Positions 40,774 through 52,526 of a stretch of DNA of 64,000 nt are shown here, piece by piece (positions within the stretch are counted from its first letter, which is position 1; every line of letters starts with the position of its first letter). The stretch comes from an uncultured Actinomycetes bacterium (GTDB lineage: Bacteria; Actinomycetota; UBA4738; HRBIN12). A program made the translations under genes and the position numbers. The DNA is taken from contig OY969934.1 of the NCBI GenBank assembly GCA_963704725.1, forward strand, positions 2,976,001-3,040,000. The letters are read 5' to 3'. Below the pieces are notes generated by a model that was not told where the DNA came from, did no database searches, and saw only the letters and a list, made by a program, of their open reading frames with translations.

Positions 40774-41663
40774 GCCCCACCGGCCTTCTTCCGAGCCGCG
40801 ATCATCGCCGCCCGCTTCGCCGACCCCTCGGCCACCCGCCGGTCCTTCCCCTGCCCCAACTGCTCGGCGAGCACCCGCTCGTACGTCTCCTGATCCGGCT
40901 CCACCTCGGCGTGGGGAGCCGCAGCGGCCGCTGGTGGTCCCACCGCTGCTGGTGACGGAGCGTCCTGCGCGGGCGCGGTGGCGCCCGGAGCGACTGCGGG
41001 TGCCGGCGCCGAGGCTTGCGGTGGAACGGTCGGCGCAGGGGTGGTGGCGGAGGGCGACTGTGAGGCGGCTACGACCGCCGGTGCGGCCGCGGACGGTGGC
41101 GCCGCCGCCGAACCGGAGCCCGCAGCCGCCACCCCGGAGCCGTCGGCCGGACCTGTCTCGACAACCGCCCCCACCTCGAGAGCGGGAGGCGGGAGGACCG
41201 TGTACGTCCACTCCTCCAGCTTCTCCTTCTCGTGCGTGAGGAGGTCGATCTCGTACTCCGCGTACTCGAACTCGGGGCTCCAGAAGAGCGCGTCGAACGG
41301 GCACACCTCGACGCAGATGCCGCAGTACATGCAGAGCGCGTAGTCGATGGCGAACCGGTCGAGCACCTTGGCCGACCGGGCCTTGCCGCCCGAGGCCGGA
41401 TCGTGCGTCTCCTTGTGGGCGTCGATGTAGATGCACCAGTCCGGGCATTCGCGCGAGCACTTGTAGCAGACGGTGCAGTTGGCCTGCTTCAGCGCGATCA
41501 CGCCGCGGGTGCGGGGGGGCAGGTCCGGCTTGACCTCCGGGTACTGCTGGGTGATCGAGCGCCGGAGGGCGTGCTTCAGCGTGACGGCGAGACCCTTGAC
41601 CAGGCCGAGGCCCGTGCCCTGCACGTCGGGCGAGCTCAGCGTGTCCCTCTCTTCGATGGCCAC
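40770..41663 (-). CDS. nuoI: subunit I (set 2) with Ala/Pro-rich C-terminal extension
   Basis: [12 protein letters not shown] and [12 protein letters not shown] ferredoxin motifs. Confidence 0.92.
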   Translation of the reverse strand: MAIEERDTLSSPDVQGTGLGLVKGLAVTLKHALRRSITQQYPEVKPDLPPRTRGVIALKQANCTVCYKCSRECPDWCIYIDAHKETHDPASGGKARSAKVLDRFAIDYALCMYCGICVEVCPFDALFWSPEFEYAEYEIDLLTHEKEKLEEWTYTVLPPPALEVGAVVETGPADGSGVAAAGSGSAAAPPSAAAPAVVAASQSPSATTPAPTVPPQASAPAPAVAPGATAPAQDAPSPAAVGPPAAAAAPHAEVEPDQETYERVLAEQLGQGKDRRVAEGSAKRAAMIAARKKAGGA

Positions 41664-41671
41664 TCCGCCTC

Positions 41672-42679
41672 CTACACCGCGACCTTCACGACGCCCACGA
41701 CCAGCACCTGCAGCAGGGCCAGCGGGATCAGCGCGAGCCAGGACCCGCGCTGGAGCTGATCCTCGCGCATCCGGGGATAGGTCGCCCGCAGCCAGATCAC
41801 GAAGAACGACAGCGCGCCGATCTTCGCGGCCATCCACAGCGGGTCCGGGATGAACGCCAGGACCGGCGGCGCCTGGTACCCGCCCAGGTACAGCACCGAG
41901 GCCACGGCGGACAGGGCGACGATCCCGCCGTACTCGGCCAGCAGGAAGAACGCGAACTTCAGGCCGGTGTACTCGGTGAGGGCGCCGAAGATGATCTCGG
42001 AGTCGGCGACCGGCATGTCGAAGGGCGGGCGCGTGAGCTCGGCCAGCGCCGCGACGACGAAGATGGCGAACCCGATGGGCTGGGTGAGGACGAACCAGTA
42101 TCGCTGCTGGGCCTCGACGATCCCGATCATCGAGAGCGTCCCTGCCTGCATCACCACGGAGGCCGCCGCGAGCACGATCGGCAGCTCGTACGCGATCAGC
42201 TGCGCGGCGGCGCGGAGCGCCCCGATCAGGGAGAACTTGTTGGCCGAGGCCCATCCCGCCATCAGCACGCCGATCACGTTCACCGACGTGATCGCGATGA
42301 CGAAGAAGATCCCGACGTCCAGGTTCAGGATGAAGATCTCGTTCGAGAACGGGATCACCACGAACAGCACGATGTACGGAATCAGGGCGACCGCCGGCGC
42401 CAGCGAGAAGACCCAGTGGTCGGCCGCCGCCGGGACGATGTCCTCCTTCTGCACGAACTTCACGCCGTCGGCCACGAGCTGGGCCCACCCGTGGAACCGC
42501 CCCGCGTACATCGGTCCCAGGCGAGCCTGCATGTGCGCCAGCACCTTGTGCTCCATGTAGCCGACGCCGAGCGGGGCCACGAGGAAGAACACGAGGACGA
42601 TCGCGGCCTTGACGACGAGCACCATCCAGTACGCGCCGAGCCACTGGTCGACGAAGCTCACCCCGGCCTCCCCGATCAC
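41672..42679 (-). CDS. nuoH: subunit H (set 2)
   Basis: [31 protein letters not shown]. Confidence 0.95.
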   Translation of the reverse strand: MIGEAGVSFVDQWLGAYWMVLVVKAAIVLVFFLVAPLGVGYMEHKVLAHMQARLGPMYAGRFHGWAQLVADGVKFVQKEDIVPAAADHWVFSLAPAVALIPYIVLFVVIPFSNEIFILNLDVGIFFVIAITSVNVIGVLMAGWASANKFSLIGALRAAAQLIAYELPIVLAAASVVMQAGTLSMIGIVEAQQRYWFVLTQPIGFAIFVVAALAELTRPPFDMPVADSEIIFGALTEYTGLKFAFFLLAEYGGIVALSAVASVLYLGGYQAPPVLAFIPDPLWMAAKIGALSFFVIWLRATYPRMREDQLQRGSWLALIPLALLQVLVVGVVKVAV

Positions 42680-43197
42680 TCCTCCTCTTCCTCCTCGCCC
42701 TCCGCGGCGCCCGGCCAGGGCTTGACCACGCGGGACATCAGGGGGAAGTCCTTGCGGAGCGGGTGGCCCTCGAAGGGCTCGGGCAGGAGCAGGCGGACCG
42801 GTTGGGGATGACCCTCGAACGTGACGCCGAACATCTCCATCGTCTCGCGCTCGTGCCAGTTGGCGGCGGGGTAGATGTCCGAGATCGTGGGGCAGACGAG
42901 ATCGTCCGCCGGCAGCCGCACCTTGACGCGGACGTTGTGGTGCAGGCGCGTCGAGAAGACGTGGGTCACGATGTCCATCCCCGCGTCGCCGCGGTCGACG
43001 CCGGAGGTGAAGTCGCAGTAGTCGCAGGCGAACTCGGGCTCGTCGCGTAGGAAGGTCATCAGCTCCCGGTACCGCGAGACGCTCACCGTCACGACCGGGT
43101 GGCCGAACGAGTCCTCGAAGGCGAGGACGTCGTCGCCGAACTGCGCCCGGAGGCGCGTCTCGACCTCAGGAGGTGGCAGCGGGCGTGAGCTTGCCAC
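42676..43197 (-). CDS. nuoC: subunit C (set 2)
   Basis: [29 protein letters not shown]. Confidence 0.93.
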   Translation of the reverse strand: MASSRPLPPPEVETRLRAQFGDDVLAFEDSFGHPVVTVSVSRYRELMTFLRDEPEFACDYCDFTSGVDRGDAGMDIVTHVFSTRLHHNVRVKVRLPADDLVCPTISDIYPAANWHERETMEMFGVTFEGHPQPVRLLLPEPFEGHPLRKDFPLMSRVVKPWPGAAEGEEEEEE

Positions 43198-43678
43198 TCC
43201 ACTTCTCCCTGATGTCTTCCTTCTCGATCTTCTCCTGCAGCCGGATGATGCCCTGGAGCAGCGCCTCCGGCCGGGGCGGGCAGCCCGGGACGTACACGTC
43301 GACCGGGATGATCTGGTCGATGCCCTTCAGGACCGAGTACGAGTCCCAGTACGGGCCGCCGCAGTTGGCGCAGGAGCCCATCGAGATCACGTACTTGGGC
43401 TCCGGCATCTGGTCGTACAGGCGCTTGATCACCGGCGCCATCTTGTCGGTGGGCGTGCCGGCCACGACCAGCAGGTCCGCCTGGCGCGGGCCGTGCGCGA
43501 ACGGGATGACTCCGAATCGGATGAAGTCGTGCTTGGAGGTCGAGGCCGCGATGAACTCGATCGAGCAGCAGGCCAGCCCGAAGTTGAACACCCACAGCGA
43601 GTACTTGCGGCCCCAGTTCAGGAGGAACTTGACCGGCTGGATCTGCGCGAGCGGCGTCTTCTCGGTGATCAGACCCAT
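43166..43678 (-). CDS. nuoB: subunit B (set 2)
   Basis: [32 protein letters not shown]. Confidence 0.95.
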   Translation of the reverse strand: MGLITEKTPLAQIQPVKFLLNWGRKYSLWVFNFGLACCSIEFIAASTSKHDFIRFGVIPFAHGPRQADLLVVAGTPTDKMAPVIKRLYDQMPEPKYVISMGSCANCGGPYWDSYSVLKGIDQIIPVDVYVPGCPPRPEALLQGIIRLQEKIEKEDIREKWSGKLTPAATS

Positions 43679-44034
43679 CGCAGGACCCCCTTGCGCCACG
43701 CGTACAGGAGCCCGATGCCCAAGATGCCGATGAAGATCGCCATCTCGACCACCGCCTGGTACCCCAGGGGCTCGAAGATGCCGGCCCACGGGAACAGGAA
43801 CACCGACTCCACGTCGAAGATCACGAACAGGAACCCGAACACGTAGTACCGAACCTGGCTCTGGGACCAGCCCTCGCCGACCGGGTCGATCCCGCATTCG
43901 TAGGTCGTCAGCTTCTCGGGCAGCTGACGACGGGGTGCGATCAGCCGCGCGGCCCCGAAGGCGACGGCAACGAGCCCGACGCCAGCGACCAGGACCGCGA
44001 GGACGACCCCGTACGACTCGTAGTAGGTCCCCAC
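43669..44034 (-). CDS. nuoA: subunit A (set 2)
   Basis: [22 protein letters not shown]; GTG 44034 preferred over 44076 because a TAGAAT -10 lies at 44064-44069. Confidence 0.92.
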   Translation of the reverse strand: MGTYYESYGVVLAVLVAGVGLVAVAFGAARLIAPRRQLPEKLTTYECGIDPVGEGWSQSQVRYYVFGFLFVIFDVESVFLFPWAGIFEPLGYQAVVEMAIFIGILGIGLLYAWRKGVLRWV

Positions 44035-44036
44035 GC

Positions 44037-44069
44037 TTGTGAACGGTTTCCCGAGCAGCGCGGATTCTA
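44037..44069 (-). promoter_or_regulatory. -10 box and degenerate Rex operator for nuo set 2
   Basis: TTGTGAA-cggt-TTCCCGA (44037-44054, 2 mismatches to TTGTGAA-N4-TTCACAA); TAGAAT on minus strand. Confidence 0.55.
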
Positions 44070-44082
44070 GCAACATCGCCTC

Positions 44083-45090
44083 TCACGCCCCTCGGGCCGC
44101 GCACCGCGCGGCGAGGAACTCGGCGAGCTGGACGAGGGCGCGCAGGGCCGGCCCGTCGGGGAGCCGCTCGGCCAGCGCGTGGGCCCGGTCCACCTCGGCG
44201 ACAACGGCCGCCCGGGCCACGGTCAGGTTCTCGGCGTCCAGCACGATGTCGAGGGCGCGCCGCAGGCGGTCCCCTTGGGGCGGACCCGGTCGCAGGAGCT
44301 CGTCGAGCTCACCGGCCCGGTCCCCGTGCGACAACGCGTGGAGCACGGGGTAGGTGTAGACGCCCTCCCGAAGGTCCTGGCCCGGCTCCTTCTGCAGCTC
44401 CTGCTCCGTCGCCGTGAGATCCATGATGTCGTCGGAGAGCTGGAAGGCGAGCCCCAGCGCCTGGCCGAACTGCTCCAGCACGTCCAGGGACTCACCAGGC
44501 GCGTCCGAGAGCATCCCGCCGAGGCGGCAGGACGTGGCGATCAGCGCACCCGTCTTGCGGCGGATGATCTCCATGTAGGAGTCGACCGACTGCTCCAGTC
44601 GGCCGGCCGCCTCCACCTCGCGGATCTGGCCGTCGCACAGGGTGGCGATCGTCCGGGCCAGGAGGGCGCAGATGTCGGTCCCCAGGTCCGTCGCGATGTC
44701 GGAGGCCCGCGCGAACAGGTAGTCGCCGGTCAGGATGGCCACGGTGTTGTTCCACCGGATGTTCGCCGCCGGCACGCCGTGCCGGGAGTCGGCCTCGTCG
44801 ATCACGTCGTCGTGGTACAGCGTCGCCTGGTGCACGAGCTCGATCGAGACCGAGCCCGGGATCAGCCGTTGGTCCGTGGGGTCGCCGAAGTACCCGGCCA
44901 GGAGCACGAGCATCGGCCGGAAGCGCTTGCCGCCCGCCGAAAGGAGATAGCGGGCGGTCGCCTCGAGCATCTCCGAGTCCGCCCGCACCGCCTTCTCGAG
45001 CGCCTCCTCCACGTGGTCCAGGCGCGAGCGGATCTCGCGCTCCAGCACCGGGTCGGGCGCCTCGAGGCCGGGGATGACGAAGCGGCTCAC
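44083..45090 (-). CDS. long-chain polyprenyl diphosphate synthase (HepT/GrcC-like)
   Basis: [28 protein letters not shown]. Confidence 0.92.
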   Translation of the reverse strand: MSRFVIPGLEAPDPVLEREIRSRLDHVEEALEKAVRADSEMLEATARYLLSAGGKRFRPMLVLLAGYFGDPTDQRLIPGSVSIELVHQATLYHDDVIDEADSRHGVPAANIRWNNTVAILTGDYLFARASDIATDLGTDICALLARTIATLCDGQIREVEAAGRLEQSVDSYMEIIRRKTGALIATSCRLGGMLSDAPGESLDVLEQFGQALGLAFQLSDDIMDLTATEQELQKEPGQDLREGVYTYPVLHALSHGDRAGELDELLRPGPPQGDRLRRALDIVLDAENLTVARAAVVAEVDRAHALAERLPDGPALRALVQLAEFLAARCAARGA

Positions 45091-45124
45091 CGGACCGACC
45101 CTATCCGCTCGGTGCGGCTCCGGC

Positions 45125-46570
45125 TCACCATCGGAGCACCGCCGCCTGGTCCAGGAAACCGGCCACCAGCCCGGGGAACACGCCCAGCACCAGCACCAGC
45201 ACCGCCGGTACCGCCACGACCAGCCTCGGCAGGAGCGTCTCGTCGGTCTCCGCGTCCCCCTCGGGCTCCTGCATGAACATGAGGACGACGACCCGCAGGT
45301 AGAACGAAGCGGCGACGACGCTGCCGAGCACGCCGATGAGCACGAGCGGCCATGCGCCGGCCTGCGTGGCGGCGCGGAAGACGTTCACCTTGGCGATGAA
45401 CCCGGCGGTCGGGGGGATCCCGGTGAGCGACAGGAGGAACAGCGCCAGGAGGCCGGCCAGGACCGGGCTCCGGCGGCCCAGGCCCGCGTAGGCGGTGAGC
45501 GAGGTCCGCTGCTCGCCCCGGGCGGAGACCAGCATCACGACGCCGAACGCGCCGATGATGGTGAGCGCGTAGGCGCCGAGGTAGTAGAGCCCGGCGCTGA
45601 TCCCGGTCTGGCCCGCGGCCACCAGCCCGGTGAGGACGAAGCCCCCGTGGGCGATGCTCGAGTACGCCAGGAGCCGCTTGATGTCGGTCTGGGCGATGGC
45701 CAGGACGCTCCCCACCACCACCGAGACGGCCGCGAGGCCCCACAGCATCGGACGCCAGTCCAGGGTGAGCGGTTGCAGCGCCACGTTGAACACCCGCATC
45801 AGCGCCGCGAACGCGGCCACCTTCGTCCCCGCGGACATGAAGGCCGTGACCGCGGTCGGAGCCCCCTGATAGACGTCCGGCGTCCACATGTGGAAGGGGA
45901 CGGCGGAGACCTTGAAGGCGAAGCCGACCCCCAGCAGCCCCACCGCGGCGAGCGCGAGCGCCAGGCCGTCGGTCCGTCCGGCCAGGGCGTGCGAGATCGC
46001 CGCCAGGCTCGTGGACCCCGTGGCGCCGTAGGCCATGGCCACGCCGAACAGGAAGAACGCCGAGGAGAAGGCGCCGAGGAGGAAGTACTTCATCGACGCC
46101 TCGACCGAGCCGAGCCGTGGGCTGAAGCCCGTCAGCACGTACAGGGAGAGCGACAGGATCTCGAGCGCGAGGAACACCACGATCAGGTCCGACGCCACCG
46201 CGATCAGGGTCATGCCCGACGTCGCGAACAAGACCAGCGGGTAGAACTCGTTGCGGGCCTCGCCCGAGCGCTCGAAGTAGTGGTGGCCGAGGACCAGGCC
46301 GAACGCGGCGGTGGCGAGCAGGATGAGCCGGACGATCACGCCGAACCGGTCGACGGCGACCGAGCCGGCCAGCACCGTGAGGCCCCCGTGCCAGTCCCAC
46401 AGCGCCACCGACGCCGTCGCCGCCCCCGCGACGCCGGCGAGCGACACGAACAGGAGCGCGAGCGGCTCGACGCGCCGAAGGGCGGCCCCCCCGAGCAGGA
46501 CGAGGATCCCCGCTCCGACCAGGAGCAGCTCGGGGATGACGGGCCCGAGGTCGACGGCCGGGGTCGTCAC
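45125..46570 (-). CDS. nuoN: NADH-quinone oxidoreductase subunit N (set 1)
   Basis: EASMKYF, FKVSAVPFHMWTPDVYQGAP. Confidence 0.95.
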   Translation of the reverse strand: MTTPAVDLGPVIPELLLVGAGILVLLGGAALRRVEPLALLFVSLAGVAGAATASVALWDWHGGLTVLAGSVAVDRFGVIVRLILLATAAFGLVLGHHYFERSGEARNEFYPLVLFATSGMTLIAVASDLIVVFLALEILSLSLYVLTGFSPRLGSVEASMKYFLLGAFSSAFFLFGVAMAYGATGSTSLAAISHALAGRTDGLALALAAVGLLGVGFAFKVSAVPFHMWTPDVYQGAPTAVTAFMSAGTKVAAFAALMRVFNVALQPLTLDWRPMLWGLAAVSVVVGSVLAIAQTDIKRLLAYSSIAHGGFVLTGLVAAGQTGISAGLYYLGAYALTIIGAFGVVMLVSARGEQRTSLTAYAGLGRRSPVLAGLLALFLLSLTGIPPTAGFIAKVNVFRAATQAGAWPLVLIGVLGSVVAASFYLRVVVLMFMQEPEGDAETDETLLPRLVVAVPAVLVLVLGVFPGLVAGFLDQAAVLRW

Positions 46571-48147
46571 GGAGTCTGCCCCGATGCATCCCGACCCAGC
46601 GCGATCCCGCTCGGCGGCCGGTACTCCGGCTGGATCCCTGCCCGCAGACCCCCCGGCAGCCCGGCCTGATCGATCCGCACCGTCTGCACCCACTGGACGA
46701 CGCCGTCGGCGCTCGGGTTGATCCGGTCCAGGACGACCTTGGGGTACACCCCGATGAACAGCATGACCGCCACCACCGGCACGATCGCGGCGATCTCCCG
46801 GGGGAGCAGGTCGCGCAGGCCCCGGAACCGCCCGCCGTCCGGCCCCTGGAACGTCCGCTGGTACGCCCAGAGCATGTAGATCGCCCCGAGGACGACGCCG
46901 GTCACGGCGATCGCGCCGAACCAGCGGTTCGACCCGAACGCCCCCAGGATGACGAGGAACTCGCCGACGAAGTTGTTCAGCCCGGGCAGGCCGATCGAGG
47001 AGAGCGTCGCCACGAGGAAGGTGGCGGCGAGCCACGGCGTGATCTGGGCCAGGCCGCCCATCTCGCCCATCTCCCGGGTATGGGTCCGCTCGTAGAGCAT
47101 CCCGATCGCGAAGAACAGGAGCCCCGTCGACAGCCCGTGATTCACCATCTGGATCACGGCGCCGCTCACGCCCTCCGGCGTCAGGGTGAAGATCCCAAGG
47201 ATCACGAACCCCATGTGGCTCACCGAGGAGTAGGCGACGAGGCGCTTCACGTCCGTCTGCATCATCGCGACGACCGCCCCGTACACGATCCCGACCAGCG
47301 CCAGCACGACGATCGCGTCGGCGAAGTAGCGGGACGCCTCGGGGAACAGGTCCAGGTTGAACCGGAGGAGCCCGTACGGCCCCGCCTTGAGCAGCAGCGC
47401 TGCCAGGACGATCGAGCCCTTCGTGGGCGCCTCGGTGTGCGCGTCGGGGAGCCACGTGTGGAGCGGGAAGATCGGGACCTTCACCGCGAAGCCGACGAAG
47501 AACGCGACGAACAGCCATCGCTGCGCCGTCACCCCGAGCGAGAGCTGCTCGAGCTGCCGGAGGTCGAAGCTGCCTCGCCCGAACTGCTGGGCGCTCTGGA
47601 ACCACAGGTACAGCGTCCCCACCAGGATGAAGGCGGACCCGAGCATCGTGTACAGGAAGAACTTGAGGCTGGCGTAGACGCGGCGAGCCGAGCCCCACAC
47701 CCCGATGATGAGGAACATCGGGACGAGCAGGGCCTCGAAGAACACGAAGAACAGGAGCAGGTCGAGCGCGCAGAACGAGCCGAGCACCACGGTCTCGAGC
47801 AGCAGGGCCAGCGCCATGTACGCGCGCACGCGGTGCGAGGTGCCCCACGCCGCGATCAGACCGACCGGGAACATGAACGCCGTCAGGACGATCAGCCACA
47901 CGCTGAACCCGTCGACGCCGACCAGGTACGACAACCCCGCCGAGCGGACCCAGGCGACCTTCTCGACCAGCTGGTAGCCGGAGCGTCCGGGGTCGAACGC
48001 GCCGAGGACCCCGAGCGCCACGACGAGGTCGGCCACCATCACGGCGAGCGTCAGCCATCGGGCGTGCGCGTCGCGCATCGATCGCCACAGCAGGAGCACG
48101 GGCACGCCGGCCAGCGGCAGGAAGATCACGACGGTCAGCCAGGGCAT
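46567..48147 (-). CDS. nuoM: subunit M (set 1)
   Basis: VKVPIFPLHTWLPDAHTEAP, AYSSVSHMG. Confidence 0.95.
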   Translation of the reverse strand: MPWLTVVIFLPLAGVPVLLLWRSMRDAHARWLTLAVMVADLVVALGVLGAFDPGRSGYQLVEKVAWVRSAGLSYLVGVDGFSVWLIVLTAFMFPVGLIAAWGTSHRVRAYMALALLLETVVLGSFCALDLLLFFVFFEALLVPMFLIIGVWGSARRVYASLKFFLYTMLGSAFILVGTLYLWFQSAQQFGRGSFDLRQLEQLSLGVTAQRWLFVAFFVGFAVKVPIFPLHTWLPDAHTEAPTKGSIVLAALLLKAGPYGLLRFNLDLFPEASRYFADAIVVLALVGIVYGAVVAMMQTDVKRLVAYSSVSHMGFVILGIFTLTPEGVSGAVIQMVNHGLSTGLLFFAIGMLYERTHTREMGEMGGLAQITPWLAATFLVATLSSIGLPGLNNFVGEFLVILGAFGSNRWFGAIAVTGVVLGAIYMLWAYQRTFQGPDGGRFRGLRDLLPREIAAIVPVVAVMLFIGVYPKVVLDRINPSADGVVQWVQTVRIDQAGLPGGLRAGIQPEYRPPSGIALGRDASGQTP

Positions 48148-48148
48148 C

Positions 48149-50023
48149 TCAGAACCTCAGCCCCAGATACAGGAGCAGCGCGACCGCGCCGAGCAGGAAA
48201 CCCAGGGCGTAGGAGCGCACGAAGCCCGACTGGATCGCCGGGGCCAGGCGCGAGGCCCGTCCCACCTCCGCGGCCACCTCGTTCACGGCGCCGTCGACCA
48301 CCCGGTCGTCCACCGCCCGCAGGCCGCGGCCGAGCCCCATCCCGGGGGCGCGGACCAGCCACCCGTAGAGCGCGTCGACGTAGAAGGCGTTCGCCAGCCA
48401 GCCGGCGAGCTCCGGCTGGCGCTGCGGGAAGGCCTCCCAGTCCACGCGCCCGGACGCCCAGATCCACCAGGCGAGCGCCACGGCGGCCACGGCCAGCACG
48501 ATCGAGATCGCGACCAGGACCGCCTCCGAGGGCCCCGTCCCGGCGGTCCGGGCGACGCCGACCACCGGCTCCAGGAACCTGCCGAGCACGCCACCCTCCG
48601 ATTTCAATCCGAGCACGAGGCCCGACAGGAGCGCGCCGGCCGCGAGCACGGCGAGCGGGGCGTTCATCGACCACGGGGCCTCGTGCCCGTGGGCCCGGCG
48701 ACGGGAACGCCCGAAGAAGGCCAGGAACAGGGGCCGGGCGATGTACAGGGCCGACAGGAACGCCCCCACCGACGCGACCGCCCACGCGGCGCCCCGGCCG
48801 CTCTGGGAGGCGAAGCTCACGATGTGGTCCTTGGCGAAGAACCCCGCCAGGGGCGGGATGCCGGCGAGCGCCAGCGCCCCGATGGCGAACCAGGCCGCCG
48901 AGACCGGCATCTCGGATCGCAGCCCGCCCATCTTGCGCAGGTCGGTCTCGTCCTCCAGCCCGTGCATCACATTGCCGCTCGTGAGGAAGAGCAAGGCCTT
49001 GTAGAAGGCGTGACAGACGAGCAGGAGCATCGCGCCGGAGGAGAACCCCATCCCGGCGGCGAAGAACATGAAGCCGATCTGGCTCATCGTCGAGTAGGCG
49101 AGCGTGCGCTTGATGTCGAACTGACCGATCGAGGCCAGGGCCGCGTAGATGGCCGTGGCCAGCCCGATCACCAGGACGACCGGGAGCGCCACGTCGGACA
49201 ACGCGAACAGCGGCGTCGAGCGCACGACCAGGTACACGCCGGCCGTGACCATCGTCGCGGCGTGGATCAGCGCCGAGACCGGGGTCGGCCCCTCCATCGC
49301 GTCGGGGAGCCACACGTGCAGGGGGAACTGGGCGGACTTGCCCACCGCCCCCGCCAGCAGCAGCAGCGAGATCGCGGTCGCGGCGCTCTCGGAGATCTGC
49401 GTGCCCGCCCCGCCGAGCACGTCGGCGAAGTCGAGCGACCCGACGTGTACGAAGATCAGGACGACGCCGAGCAGCATGGCCGAGTCGCCGATCCGGGTGG
49501 TGACGAACGCCTTCTTCGCCGCGCTCGCGGCGACGGGCCGCTCGTGCCAGAACCCGATCAGCAGGTAGGAGCAGAGCCCGACGCCCTCCCACCCCAGATA
49601 GAGCAGGAGGTAGTTGTTCGCCAGGACGAGCACCAGCATGAAGAACACGAACAGGTTGAAGTAGGCGAAGAACCGGCCCACCCGCGGGTCGTGCTCCATA
49701 TAGCCGATGGCGTACACGTGGATCAGCGTGCCGACCCCCGTCACGACCATCACCATCGTCATCGAGAGCGGGTCGAGGAGCAGGTTCGCCTCGAGACGGA
49801 AGCTGCCGGCGCTGATCCACGCGAACAGGTCGACCACGTGGTGGCGGCCCTCGGCGGGGAGCGAGAGCAGGTCCAGGAGCACCGCGACCCCGATCGCGAA
49901 CGACGCCCCGACGAGCGCCGAGGCGAGCCACCCGGCGCGCTTCCCGAGCCGCCCCCCGAGGAACAGGTTGGCGGCCGCCCCTGCCAGCGGGAGGGCCGGG
50001 ATCAACCAGGCGGCGTCCAGCAT
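48149..50023 (-). CDS. nuoL: subunit L (set 1)
   Basis: [31 protein letters not shown]. Confidence 0.95.
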   Translation of the reverse strand: MLDAAWLIPALPLAGAAANLFLGGRLGKRAGWLASALVGASFAIGVAVLLDLLSLPAEGRHHVVDLFAWISAGSFRLEANLLLDPLSMTMVMVVTGVGTLIHVYAIGYMEHDPRVGRFFAYFNLFVFFMLVLVLANNYLLLYLGWEGVGLCSYLLIGFWHERPVAASAAKKAFVTTRIGDSAMLLGVVLIFVHVGSLDFADVLGGAGTQISESAATAISLLLLAGAVGKSAQFPLHVWLPDAMEGPTPVSALIHAATMVTAGVYLVVRSTPLFALSDVALPVVLVIGLATAIYAALASIGQFDIKRTLAYSTMSQIGFMFFAAGMGFSSGAMLLLVCHAFYKALLFLTSGNVMHGLEDETDLRKMGGLRSEMPVSAAWFAIGALALAGIPPLAGFFAKDHIVSFASQSGRGAAWAVASVGAFLSALYIARPLFLAFFGRSRRRAHGHEAPWSMNAPLAVLAAGALLSGLVLGLKSEGGVLGRFLEPVVGVARTAGTGPSEAVLVAISIVLAVAAVALAWWIWASGRVDWEAFPQRQPELAGWLANAFYVDALYGWLVRAPGMGLGRGLRAVDDRVVDGAVNEVAAEVGRASRLAPAIQSGFVRSYALGFLLGAVALLLYLGLRF

Positions 50024-50027
50024 CCCC

Positions 50028-50329
50028 TCATCCCCTCAGCACGGCGGCGTCGTCCACGCTGGCGCTGCGCCGTCGCCGGTAGACGTTCACGATGATGGCC
50101 AGGCCGACCACGACCTCGGCCGCCGCGACGACCATGGAGAAGAACGCCAGGACCTGGCCGTTCAGGTTGCCGTGCAGCCGGCTGAACGCGACGAGCGCCA
50201 GGTTCACCGCGTTCAGCTGGAGCTCGACCGACATGAAGATGATGAGCGCGTTCTTGCGGACGAGCACGCCCGTCGTGCCGATGGCGAACAGCATCACGGA
50301 CACGATCACGAAGTACGCGATGGGCGTCC

Positions 50330-50333
<4 letters not shown>
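50028..50333 (-). CDS. nuoK: subunit K (set 1)
   Basis: [23 protein letters not shown]. Confidence 0.94.
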
Positions 50334-50910
<577 letters not shown>

Positions 50911-50911
<1 letters not shown>

Positions 50912-51408
50912 TACCGGCCCTCCCCCGTGGCCGGCGCCGTCCCCAGCGGGAGCGGCGGCTCCAGGAGCTGCTCCTTGTCGAGGACGGCCTCCTCGCGCGA
51001 CAGGAAGCTCATCTCGTACGCGCTCGTCAGCGTGAGCGCGCGCGTGGGGCACGCCTCGACGCACAGGCCGCACATGATGCAGCGCAGGTAGTTGATCTGG
51101 TAGTCCTTGGCGTACCGCTCCCCCGGGCTCGTCGGGCTCTCCGGGTCGTTGTCGGCGCCCTCCACCCAGATCGCGTCCGCCGGACACGCGTACGCGCAGA
51201 GCTCGCACCCGATGCACTTCTCCAGCCCGTTCTCGTGCCGGTTGAGGCGGTGGCGGCCGATATGGCTCCGCGGCGGCGGGGGCACGATCTCACGCGGGTA
51301 CTCCTCGGTGACGTCGCGGCGGAAGATCTGCTTGAAGACCGTGCCCATGCCCTTGGCGATGGCCGTCACAGCGCTGCCCAGGTCGACGCGCGGACGCTCC
51401 TCGGTCAC
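50911..51408 (-). CDS. nuoI: subunit I (set 1)
   Basis: [24 protein letters not shown]. Confidence 0.95.
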
Positions 51409-52526
51409 GAGCTCGCCTCCTCCGACGAGGGCGGGCGCGAGAACAGAGGCCAGATCAACGAGAGCGCCAGCGCGGCCCCCAGCGCGATCAGCACGCCCGT
51501 CACGAAGGGCCCCCTGCCGTAGATCCCCGGCAGGATGACGACGGCCCCCGTCACGAGCACCCACAGCAGGCCCCACGGGATCAGCAGCTTCCAGCCGAAC
51601 GCCATCAGCCGGTCGTAGCGGAAGCGCGGCAGCGTGGCCCGGACCCAGATGTAGCCGTACACGATGACCAGGACCTTGCCGACGAACCACAGCAGCGGCC
51701 ACAGCCACGGCAGGAAGTCCGGCGCCGGGCCCCGCCACCCGCCGAGCCAGAGCGTGGTGGCCACGGCGGCGACCGTGACGGTGTTCAGGTACTCGCCGAG
51801 GTAGAACATCGCGAACTTGATGCCGCTGTACTCGGTGTGGTACCCGGCAACGAGCTCGGTCTCGGCCTCCGGGAGGTCGAAGGGCGGGCGGTTGGTCTCG
51901 GCCAGCCCGGCGACGAGGTACGCCACGAACGAGGGGAACTGCGGGATCACGTTCCACACCGAGTCCTGGCTCGCCACGATCGCCGACATCTTCAGCGAGC
52001 CCGAGTACATGAGGACCGCCACGAGCGCGAGCCCCATGCCCACCTCGTAGCTGATCATCTGCGCCGAGGACCGGATCGCGCCCAGGAGCGGGTAGTTCGA
52101 GCCGCTGGACCAGCCGGCGAGGACGATCGAGTAGACCATCAGCGACCCCATGGCCAGGACCCACAGGATCCCGATGTTGAGGTCGGCGATCTGGAACGGG
52201 ACCCGCCGGCCGAACAGCGTCACGTGCGTCCCGAACGGGATCACCGCGAACGCCAGGAACGCCGGGAGCATCGCGATAACCGGCGCGATCGCGTACACGG
52301 GCCGGTCGGCCAGCGTGGGCGTGATGCCCTCCTTGAAGAAGAGCTTGATCCCGTCGGCCAGCGTGATCAGCGTGCCGAACGGTCCGGCGCGCATCGGACC
52401 CATGCGCGTCTGCATGTCGGCGATCACCTTGCGCTCCATCCACACCAGCATCAGCACCGAGATCAGCAGCAAGAAGAACGTGACCACGACGCGCCCGGCC
52501 AGCAGGATCCAGTCGAGCCAGTCCAT
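51405..52526 (-). CDS. nuoH: subunit H (set 1)
   Basis: [27 protein letters not shown]. Confidence 0.95.
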   Translation of the reverse strand: MDWLDWILLAGRVVVTFFLLLISVLMLVWMERKVIADMQTRMGPMRAGPFGTLITLADGIKLFFKEGITPTLADRPVYAIAPVIAMLPAFLAFAVIPFGTHVTLFGRRVPFQIADLNIGILWVLAMGSLMVYSIVLAGWSSGSNYPLLGAIRSSAQMISYEVGMGLALVAVLMYSGSLKMSAIVASQDSVWNVIPQFPSFVAYLVAGLAETNRPPFDLPEAETELVAGYHTEYSGIKFAMFYLGEYLNTVTVAAVATTLWLGGWRGPAPDFLPWLWPLLWFVGKVLVIVYGYIWVRATLPRFRYDRLMAFGWKLLIPWGLLWVLVTGAVVILPGIYGRGPFVTGVLIALGAALALSLIWPLFSRPPSSEEASS

